Shown here piece after piece: positions 53,378-63,900 of a DNA stretch of 64,000 bases. Position 1 is the first letter of the stretch. Each line of letters opens with the position of its first letter. A program made the position numbers and the translations under genes. The notes below the pieces were generated by a model. The model searched no databases. It saw only the letters and a list, made by a program, of their open reading frames with translations, and was not told where the DNA came from. Source of the DNA: Bacteroidales bacterium (GTDB taxonomy: Bacteria > Bacteroidota > Bacteroidia > Bacteroidales > WCHB1-69); the NCBI GenBank assembly GCA_024682995.1, contig JAIKYR010000071.1, forward strand, positions 17,883 through 81,882, in the 5' to 3' direction.

Positions 53378-54552
53378 CGTGCGAAAATTTTGTTGAAAAT
53401 ATATCGTGCAGAAGGACTCTTATAATTCAGTTTTTGAGATGGGGACATTTCGTTTGGTGCCAGTGATGCATTATTGTGGGCTTGTAAATATTTTTTATAA
53501 TCCCGTGGATAGTCTGCTGTCCATAAATCTACAACATTAATTTTGAATTGCATGTTATTCAAACCTGTGGTTTCTGGAGGTTCCACTGGATGAAGAGATG
53601 CCTCCCTTATATTATGTCTTGTAGATATAGCTATTTCTCCTGCCATATATCCTTCTGTTGCTTCATGAATCATGCCTGATCCTGTTGGAGCATTATTTTC
53701 TTTCTCCAATTTTTGCATTGCTTGCACATTGACAGAATTTACAGAAACAGCAGTCCCATTTTTTTTATTATATGTGGTCCCCATGTAACTTCCTGCATTT
53801 CCTTTATCATCACATAAAACAATAGCGCACACAGATTTACTGTTAATTGCTTTTAACAACAGCTCGTCTGCTTCGGAAATGGCTTCTCCTTCAGCTGTGA
53901 TTTTTCCGAATCTTCCCATTGTTAATTTTAGATTGGTACCCTGCTGCATATTATGAAAAGCTGTTTTTGCATGCTTGCCAATCAGAAGCACGTCTTCCCC
54001 GTTCGGGTCCACCAACTTCACCGGATTATCCGCGCAATACGTGTAAGGCGAAAGCGACGGATATTTGTCACTCATGGGGTCCACGCTCAGCCAGATGCTT
54101 AAATCACTGCTGTAATACCGTGAGCCGAAATAGCTTAACCCGGTTTCCGAGTCGCGCTCTTTTGCGGAGAAGGTGTGCATGGCATGCCAGTTGGTTGTCC
54201 TCTGGTCAACAAAATCTTCACCCCAAGGGAGGTAGTGCAGGTGCTGCACGGCGGAGCCGTCGGTATAGGTTATCCAAGATGATGAACCGAGATGGTCGGG
54301 GTGGTACCAATAGGCTTCGCAGGTGTCTTTCTGACGATTGGTAAGGGCATTGAGGTAGGAAAGTTGCGCAGTGGTATCCGTGATGGCAGGGTTGAGCGCC
54401 AGCACGAGGCTGTCGGCGTGGCGCACTTTGCGGTTGGCCGAGACGATGTCCGTCACGGGCGTTGCCAGCGTGGAGAAATTGTCGCGACCAATCTGCGAGG
54501 TGATGCGCTCTTGGAATATCTCTAATTCTGCATGTTTGGAAGAATAATTCAT
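53374..54552 (-). CDS. Orphan Rhs tip 1: ATG-initiated 392-aa protein with Rhs core end plus unclassified toxin domain
   Basis: Residues 81-187 YWYHPDHLGSSSWITYTDGSAVQHLHYLPWGEDFVDQRTT...DPNGED are near-identical to the main Rhs; unique C-terminal 205 aa. Confidence 0.7.
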   Translation of the reverse strand: MNYSSKHAELEIFQERITSQIGRDNFSTLATPVTDIVSANRKVRHADSLVLALNPAITDTTAQLSYLNALTNRQKDTCEAYWYHPDHLGSSSWITYTDGSAVQHLHYLPWGEDFVDQRTTNWHAMHTFSAKERDSETGLSYFGSRYYSSDLSIWLSVDPMSDKYPSLSPYTYCADNPVKLVDPNGEDVLLIGKHAKTAFHNMQQGTNLKLTMGRFGKITAEGEAISEADELLLKAINSKSVCAIVLCDDKGNAGSYMGTTYNKKNGTAVSVNSVNVQAMQKLEKENNAPTGSGMIHEATEGYMAGEIAISTRHNIREASLHPVEPPETTGLNNMQFKINVVDLWTADYPRDYKKYLQAHNNASLAPNEMSPSQKLNYKSPSARYIFNKIFAR

Positions 54553-54556
54553 TGGG

Positions 54557-54898
54557 TTATCTCTTCATTTCAGGGTCTTCGTGATTAAGAGTACGACACG
54601 CACACATTTTTTTGCATATTACTTTTGAAACAAATTGTATTATAAATAGCGTTAACTCTGACAAAGTAGCCGGTATATTGACAAAGCCAATTAACATAAC
54701 ATCTTTCATTGGAACAATGCGCCAAAAAAACAAAGATAAAATTATAGATATAATAAATGCAACAATAAGCACCAAAAAGGAGGAAAAACTCGCTTTGCCA
54801 ATTAGCAAGAATCTGACAAGAGCCCCTATTAAATACACTATTGATCCTAAATAAATTTGGAGTAAGAAAATATCGAAATAAGAATAATACACATTCAT
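54557..54898 (-). CDS. Putative immunity protein of the main Rhs toxin (small polytopic membrane protein)
   Basis: ATG 54898, 12 nt after the Rhs stop; several hydrophobic helices (IVYLIGALVRFLLI, FLVLIVAFIISIILSLFFW, LSELTLFIIQFV). Confidence 0.6.
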   Translation of the reverse strand: MNVYYSYFDIFLLQIYLGSIVYLIGALVRFLLIGKASFSSFLVLIVAFIISIILSLFFWRIVPMKDVMLIGFVNIPATLSELTLFIIQFVSKVICKKMCACRTLNHEDPEMKR

Positions 54899-54910
54899 GG
54901 TAAATAACAC

Positions 54911-57900
54911 TCATTCTTTGACTGGGTCATACGTAATTTTAGTGAATTTTTTTTGGTACTCTTTAATTATGCTTACGGGTCGAGGATCAAGAATCACGGG
55001 GGCTTTCTTTTTCACTTCTGAATCCTGCTTGATTACATCATCTGCGAAAGTCCCACAATTATTAAAAAACATACTATAGCTTCTTCTTTTCGGATCGCTA
55101 TTTTCATTTAGTTTTTGCTTGGCATAATCATCCATTTCCTTAAATTTATCACTTTCAACATAGGCACCTTCAATTCTTCCTCTTTGTCCTGCTTTATTTG
55201 AAATTTGCTTTAAGACTTTATTTAAGGATTCTTGCGTCGGCTTACCATCTTTCCCAATCTTTACATTTGAGATAGTGATTTTTCGAACCTCTCCTTTTCC
55301 TTCTTTGTCGTATCGTCCATATTCATAATATTTTGTCAGCCCTGTTTTATTGTCAATCAAAAGAACGCCAGCGTGGCCTAAATGCTTATATTTCTTTTTA
55401 CCTACAGTAATTTCATAGTCTGGGAATGCAATATACACCGCATCTTCACCATCAGGATCAAATAAGACAACAGGGCTGTTTTTACAGTAAACATACGGGC
55501 TCAGGGAGGGATATTTCGAGGCCATCGGATCAACGCTCAACCAGATGCTCAAATCACTACTATAATATCTTGAGCCAAAGTAAGAATAACCGGTTTCAGA
55601 GTCCTTTTCTTTCGCGGAGAAGGTGAACATGGAATTGAACGAGGTTGTGCGCTGGTCCACAAAGTCCTCGCCCCAAGGCAGGTAGTGCAGATGCTGCACG
55701 GCGGAGCCGTCAGTGTAGGTTATCCATGAGGAGGAACCGAGATGGTCGGGGTGGTACCAGTAGCAGTCGGGTTCGGTCTGCACCTGTTCACGCCAATAGT
55801 CGCGCAGGTCGAGCAGACGGTTCTCCTCCACGGAAGGGTTGGCGTTCAAACATCCCATCACATCGCCCAAATGAAGATTTGTATTTTCCTTTTTCATAGC
55901 ATAATACGAGAACAATTCTTCCATGTCACCCCACGGGATAGGATCTTCAAGGAAGGTCCATGCCACAGTGTCCTCTATAACATATTCATTTTGCAGCATG
56001 AAGTCCACATTGTCCAGCACCTGGGACACTTCCGCCAGCCCGCCACCGCCTATTCGGCTGGCCACACGTTCGCTTTCCGCGTAATAATGTTTTGTATAGC
56101 CCTGCGGGGTGGCCACCAGATAGGGCGATGTGTACAGTGTAGGGTTATCCAGCATATTATACGACCACCAGTTCCCCTGCACGTTCTGCGCCACAAAACC
56201 GCCCGTTAGTTTATACGTGCGCTCACCGTCCGCATCATATTGGTAGAAGCCCGCGTTGTGGCAGTCGGAGAAGCCCATGAGACGGTTCTCCTCGTCCCAG
56301 CAAAGAAGACGTGCACAACCCGGTTCGAAATCATGGTGGTCGGTCATGTTACCCGCCGCATCCCAGTAAAAATACTGATGGTGCCCCGTAAGAACGTCTC
56401 TTACAACTTTCAAGGTGTTGGGCTGGGCGGAATGATACAGGTAGCTTTTTTCGTAGTCGGTTACAGTGACAGCTCCGGAGTGGTCCATCACCTCGGCGTA
56501 CAGTTCCTTGCGTTCAATCCGTCCATTGGGATGGTACAGCATGTTCAGATTGTAGTTGAGCTGTCCTCCGTTCCAGAATCCTTCCGCATGTTCCAGCCGA
56601 TAGAGGTTGTCATAGTCGTAATGGTTCCAATAGTCCCCGCCAAGCCCGTTGGACAGCACGCCCGCATTGTTGAGGATGTCGGTGATGTTGCCCACGCTGT
56701 CGTATGAATAGTCTATTTCTTGCATCACCTCCCCCTGCCCGTTCTCGCTGTTTAGATGCAAGAGGCGCATCAGCATGTCGTACTGGTAGTAGGTGTGTGC
56801 GCCGTTGCCGTATAAAACGGTCTCCTTAAGTCCGTAGGTGTTATATGAGATGTCCTCCACGTAGGTGCGGGCATCCCCGTTCTTGTTCCCGTGTATGCTC
56901 TGGAGCATGCCTCCCCGGTCGTAATGGTAAGCCACCTCCTCCCAGTCGGGATAGATCATGCGGCGTATGCGGTTCCAGCTGTCGTATTCGTAATTCATCC
57001 TAAAGGTGTATGTGCGGTATTCGTTAGGGAGCACAAAGATACGGATATTTTCGGTAAGCTCGCCCAGATTGCCGTACTTGAAGGTCTGGAGACCTGAACC
57101 GTCTTCCCGGATCATTACTTTCCCCGCACAGTTATCGGGAGCCCCCGGCCCACCGTACCAGTAGCGGACATTGTTGGCGGGATGGTCGGAGTACAACACG
57201 GATTGCAGGAAATTATACACGTATGCGTAGTCCACAGTCTGTCCGTTCCCGTTTATGTGCCTTGTCATATTGCCAGAAGGATCGTATTCGTAAACATCGT
57301 CGCCTGCATCGGGATGGTTTCGGTGGACCATGCGCCCCAGCATGTCGTAGTCGTAGGTTGTGGTGAAGCCGTCGGGGTCGGTGGAGGAGACAAGCCTTCC
57401 CAGCGGGTCGTACCCGAACAGCGTCACCGTGTTCTGCGGGGCGGTCGTCTTCAGCTGCTGGCCCAATCCGCCCTTCAGGGTGGTCACGGTGTTGCCCATC
57501 GGGTCAGTGACGGTGGTGCGAAAACAGGCCACCCCACCCGCCGCGCCGAAACCGTAGTCTGTCAAGGTCGTAAGGCCGTAGGGGACGGTCTGTGACACTG
57601 GCCTGTCGAGTATGTCGTAGGCGGTCACAGTGGCTGTGGTCGTGTCATGCTGCGGATTGTACAGGGGCGCGTAAACAGTGTCCTCCACAAACGGATGGTA
57701 CTGCGCCACCGTCCGTCCGAAGCAGTCATAGACCACCTTCCCTGTCACAAGGCTCTTCTCCTGTCCTCCCACTTCCGCGTCTTTCTTAGTCTGCAGCAGG
57801 CGGCCCAGACCGTCGGTGACAAGCGTGGTGCGGATGTCGTTGCCCGGATACTCCGGATCGTAGTGGTATGTGCAGGCGTATGAGACACCCTGTCCTGTCA

Positions 57901-60900
57901 TTCCGCGGAAATACGGGTGGTACTCCATCCGTATGGTGTATGGCACGGAATCTGCCAACTCATTGGGTGCAGTGATTGTGACGGTCCTGCCAAGGCTGTC
58001 ATACGCATACCGCATCTCATTGCCGTTGATGTCCATGGTCATTGTCGGCTTGCCAAAGCTGTAGTCATACTCTGCAAAGGAGGAAAAACCCAGTGACAAG
58101 TTGTCCACCTCCACAGGGTAGGCGTGGGCCGTGTTGTCATAACCGTACCCGTATTCCAGCCTCTGTCCGGACGCGTTTTCGGGCATGACGGCGTGCATGA
58201 GGTTTCCGTATATGTCATAGCCGAACTCGTATTCCGCATTTTGCGGATGGCAGACCTGCGTGAGCCTGACGAGATGTCCATGCGCGTCGTATTCAGCAAT
58301 GCGCTCCTGCAGCAGGCTCCCGTTGAAATCTTTTACAACAATTGTTTCTGGCAAAGATATGAGGTTGTGTCCCGGGCTGGGAATGTAGGAGATGTCGGCG
58401 GCGAAGTACTCGGCAATGTGGGAAGGGTTGTTCCAGCCGAGGCCGAAATGGATGTATCGGGTCACATTGCGTCGCGAGTCGTATTCGCGCTGCAGGGCGG
58501 TGGTGACGTGCGGCACGGAATCCCCCTCGTAATAGTTGCGTATCTCGGTCTCCCGGCATTTGTAAAGGAAGGCGGGACAGTGCTCGTATCCGGCAGGGAG
58601 GGTGTCGGCGGGGCGGGTCAGGTCGGCCATCACCACGTCGTAGAGTGTCTCCACGTACGGCCTTCCCGCGGCATCATAGACGCACTCTCGTGTCTTGCGC
58701 CCGCGCCTGCTGAACTGCATGTTCTCATATTCCTCTACTGTATAGCGGTACAGGCTGTCGTTGTTCTCCGTGTCGTGCTGGCGGGTTGTCACCTTGCCGT
58801 AACCGTAGTCCATGCGCTCACGACGGTTGTGGTTTGGATTGTCGTATCTGAATGTGGTGAGTGTGCGGTTGCCTCCCACGGGACTGAGCGTGTCGCTGTT
58901 GAGGGTCTCCACGCGTGCAAGGTTCCAGCTGCGCTGGGGCTTTTCGTAACAGGAGGGCGGCATGTCATAGTCCAGCTCGATGGTGCTTCCCGTGAAGTTG
59001 GTGACCCTGCGCAGCAGGTTCGTCTTCGCAGAACGGTTGTACCGCACTGTCATGCCGTCTTCCGAGGAAGATGTCACAAGGTCGGGGTACCCGTCCCCGT
59101 TGATGTCGGTGAGCTGCACGCTGTCCTTGCTGAAGGAGCGGTTGTAAGGGGATCCCGAGATGCCCGCGCAGACCTTCAGTATGCTGAAGAAGGTGAACCC
59201 CAAGGTCACGGAGGCGTTGGCGGACTCGCTGTAGGAGTGCCCGTAGCTGATATCGGACATGCCCGCGACGGCGGTTTCGGGCGACCAGTATCCGTTCCCG
59301 TAGGCATAGCGGACCTTGATAATGCCGTTGCCCGTGCGGACGAGGAGGTCGGGCAGCCCGTCGCCATTGAAGTCCGTCAGCATGGTGTCTGTGGCGTTCC
59401 GGGAGAGGTTCACGCCAAGCCCGCCGCCGATGCTGGCCTGGCCGATATTGAAGCTTCCGCCCATGCTCAAACCCCAGTTGAAGCTTTGTCCCGCACGTAT
59501 GGCAGGAATGTTCCAGATCTCCTCTGGAAGGAATCCATAGCCCGTATTCAGGCACACTTTCAGCACGGATCCCGCCACTGAAGCCCTGTCGGGCAGGCCG
59601 TCGCCGTTCACATCCATCCAAAGGAAGGAGGTTCTGTCGCTGCCGCCGCCCAGATTGGCCCCTGCGTTTCCAGCCCCGTCAAAGCTGATCTTGGAGCCCC
59701 TCGGGCTATTGGACACGCATCGGGACGGGGTGGAATAGCTTCCTCCAAAGTTTGCCCCTCTGGAAAGGGTGGCCGAGGATGTCACGCCCTCTTCCGCGAA
59801 TTTCAGCGGCCTGACGGAGCCGATGCCGCCCCACGGCTGCGAATACTGCACGTATGCCGGTCCTATGATGTCGGGATAGCGGTCGCCGTTCAGGTCCATG
59901 TAGTCGGTGAGCACGATGTTCACCCCCTCCGACCTGGACACTCCGACCGATATCGGCATTACCGGAATGGACAGGCTCAGGGAATGGTTCTTCATGACGG
60001 AGATGTTCTGTTTCCTCACAGTCTTCACCTGCAGGCCGGCGGGGACCACAGGCACGGGATGGTCATAGTCGGCTATGTCGGACGTGTTCGTGTCGCAATA
60101 GAACCCGGCAAGGCGCGTGTTGCTCATGGTGTCGCGGAGAATCGCGCAGGTGTTCCCGAACCCGACCCAGGCCTGGTGCCGGAAATCGGGCTCCATTTCC
60201 ACCCATCCCGTGGATGCGGAGAGCGGATGGTATGCCCCTGCACTTTCGTAGGCGTTAAGTATGCTCGAACTCTCCTGTGCGTGCGCGGTGTCCTGGCAGG
60301 GCACGAAAGACCCGATGGCACTCGTGTCGCCTGTCGCCTGGGCTGCATCCGACGGATGGACGGACGCAGGGAGTACAAGCCGTTCCACCGGGAGGGTGCC
60401 CGACCCTCCAGCACCGGATGTGTCATGGAACACAAACTGCCCCCAGCCCCGATACAGGGGGCCGAAAAGTCGGTGGTGAAGAGTGTCTATGGCGGTGCCT
60501 TTCATGTTGTCCAGCAGCATTTGCACCGGAGGATGGCACTCTAAAGTGTCATGGGTGACCACCAGGATGCCACGGGTCACTGTGTCGGACACGGCGTATC
60601 GCACACAGGGGGAAACAGACACCTCCCCCCAGTCATACAGGCAAGAGTAGTAGCTGCTGATGAAATGGTTGTCCGAGCTGAGTGTGAACCGGACCGTTGC
60701 CGAATCCTTTTCCCGCACAGAGAGGAAGTGCCCGAGATCCCACGTTGAGTCCATGTTGTTGACAACAGGGATTATATACGGGGTGGTCAGTCCGCTTTTT
60801 GTAATCTCGATTGTGAGGCTTGCCGGGTTTTGTCCGACGGGAAGCCTGTAGAACTGCCCCGTCCTTATCCTCACGGACGGGCGGATGGATTGCGGCAGGG

Positions 60901-63900
60901 TGTCCGACCCGCCCTGGCCGAGCAGGACGACATCGGGCTTGCCCGCTCCGAAATACTTTTCACCGGACAGCAGGAAATCATGTCTCGAGTTGTAATACCC
61001 GTTGTTCACACCATACGGGATATAATTGTCGGACAAGGTGGTATTGTCGTAAAAAAGAGGCTGGCTAAGGTTTGTGTACCGTATGGTCTGTTCCCAGCGC
61101 ACATGGTCGAAAGCCCTGTTGTCACCCGATATGAGACGGAACAGGAGCAGGTCCGACGTGTCCAAGTTTGCCAGAAGGCTGTCTTCGTGCAGCGAGTAGT
61201 CATCTGCCCCGATGCTTCTGTCCGCCAGTATTTCGACGGAACTGGCAGCCAGTGCCATTCCCGCAGCATGGACATTCCTGCACAGCTGCACGACATATCG
61301 GACACCGTCGCACCAACGGGACTGCCGGCGGCTGTCGGAGGAGTCCTCCAGCAGCCTTACAAACGAGAGTATGTCAGCGGTGCCGTTTTTCTGCGGAACC
61401 CATACCCTGACACTTTCCAGTTCGGGGTCGGGCCATGAAGTGTACGTCCGTTCAAACGGCCCGCAGATTATCTCCCGACGGAACATCCTGATTGTAAACG
61501 GCTTTCTGTTTTCAATGTCGCTTATGTCATGGATTTCATAACGATACTGGCCCGAAGCGGCGATGGAATCGGCCCATGCGATCGCCTCCATCGCCTCATC
61601 CGATGTGTGGTTGCTGCATGATATAACGGTGTCCTTCGTCCACCGGGACAGGCATCCGATGCTGTCGCTGACTTCCCCGTCGAAAATGATGCCGCCGCAT
61701 GTGTCGGACGGCATTGACACCATATACTCTTCCGGATTCCCGAATTCTTCATTCGGGCTTATCTCATAGTAGTTCCGGAATGTCACTCTGCCTCCCTTGC
61801 GGGTGACGTTGAACAGCACGCCGTCATCGGTGATCAGATCGGGCAGCCCGTCCGCGTTCACGTCTGAGAAATATGTGGAGGTGGTGGATTTCGATGTGGG
61901 CCAGCTGCCGCTGTAGGCGCATCCCGCCGAGGCCTGCAACCCCCAAGTGGTGGTGCTTCCGCTCTCCTGAAGGAAATCCGCCACCCCGTCTATCATGAGA
62001 GTGTTCCCGTAGAGGAAGTTGTATTCGCCGTCGGCAATCTGCCTGCGGTAATACAGATGCTTTCCCTTCTTGAAAACCTTGTCTGCCAAGCCGTCACCGT
62101 CAAGGTCGATCAGGGTCAACGCACCCTCGCTCCGGGACCGGCTGTAGTCGAAATTCCCGCCCACGCTGAACGATGTGAGCGGAACCACAGGGCCGACACC
62201 TATCGTGGCAGTTCCGCCGATACTCCAGCTCTTTCCCCTTGTGCCGCCCAATGCCGTGGCATCCCCCTCGGTCCCGAATGCGTTTGTGAGGAAAAAGGAA
62301 TGGACATCGTCTTTGTAAGGGGTGAGGTTTATCCGTTTGCCTTCCCCGAATATCTTGTCGGAGGGAGGTGCGTCGTAATAGTCGAAATGTGTTGTGGGCC
62401 ACATTGTGTCCGCTTCGGTGTACATCCCGCACAAGGGAATTTCGAAAGGCTTGTCAACCCGTATGACATCCGACAGGCGTGTCTTGTAATGGCTCGTGCT
62501 GTCATTGGAGTACCGGAAGTGGTAGCTGCGTATTCCAGGCAAATGGTAAGGGGCCGCCATGTTGTATATCTCCACATCGCACAAAGTGGCAGCGGTCACC
62601 TCCTTGAAGCCCCTGTTTGCCGCTATGGACACGTCACTTCTGCCTGGGATGTCCGGTTTCCTGTTGAAGACCACAACATAGATGCCGTCTTCGGACATTC
62701 TGGCATTCCCTGTATAACGGATGCTGTCTATGTATATCTGCCGTCCCGCATTGCCGTTTGAGGTTCCGCTGTGTGTTTCCACGGAATAGTAGTACCTCAC
62801 CCAGTTTCCGTCGGGGTCCACACTCTCCGTAATCATCCATTGCGCGATGTTACGCGTGGCCGGGTCACACAGCACGGCGCTGTAGTCCGCGCTGTCTGTG
62901 TCATGCCTTTTCCCGTAGTAGTCCGTCACGCCGTTTTTGTGTGTCACGCTCCACCAGTAGCTGTCGGGGCCATTGCCGTGGCGCACGATGCTGTCGAAGG
63001 CCTCGTTCCTGCGCGGATAGAACTGCTCATGGCCGTCCTGGTCAAGGTCCTGCCGGTCCGTCCACTGGTTGGTACGGTGCGGCATCTCGCGGAAATGGCC
63101 GCCGCCGTCCATGGTCACCAGCTGCTCGCCCTCATAGACATATACCTCACTTTCCTTTTCCCGGTCGTATCTCGGCACACCCCATCTCGTCTCCACGGTG
63201 ATGGAGGGGATGGAGATGTCCCAGCCCACACAAAGCCAGCCGTTGCCGCCGCCGCTGCTGTAGGTTAGCGCGAGGTTGGGCTGCATGCCCTGCCGTCCGG
63301 CAGGGATCTCAATCGGGTAGCTCAGATTGGCCGTGCCGCTGTTGTTTGCTGTGGGCGGCTGCATCAGCGTCAGACCCTCCAGCGGGTCGGCGGCCTTCAG
63401 TTCCTTGATGCTCGTGGGCGTGTAGGCCGAGGTCTCCGGCATCTCCGGGGTCTTCAGCACCGCGTTGATGAAGTCCAGCGGGGAGTCACCGCCGCCCTCT
63501 CCCTGCGAGGCGAACGACATCATGTCCTGCACCTGCGCGAGCGCATCCTGCGGATTTACCATGGCGTCCTGCGTGTGCGGCAGACCTTTCTTCCACGGTC
63601 GGAACCGCGAGCAGACCAGCAGCTCCGCCCCGTTCACGGAATCGCGCTGTATGGCCACCCAGCGGCGATACTGCCGGTCATACACGTATGTCCGTATGTC
63701 GTCCTCGGTGAAACCCTGCGGCAGCAAGGACGGGTCGTATGGGATCACAATCCGGCATTCGGAACCCGCAACAGGCAATGACAAACGGTAACCTCCCGCC
63801 TGTCCGGCACCGTCTTCCTCTGATTGCCCATTGGATGTCACGTTCACCATGCCCGCGTCTAACGGCGGCAGCTGCACGGGGGTGAGTTCCGTCATCGCGT

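Noticed and set aside
54585-54914. Alternative-frame 109-aa ORF overlapping the putative immunity gene
   Set aside because: The other frame (54557-54898) gives clean hydrophobic helices and an ATG just after the Rhs stop. This frame is Cys/Asn/Tyr-rich with no helices.
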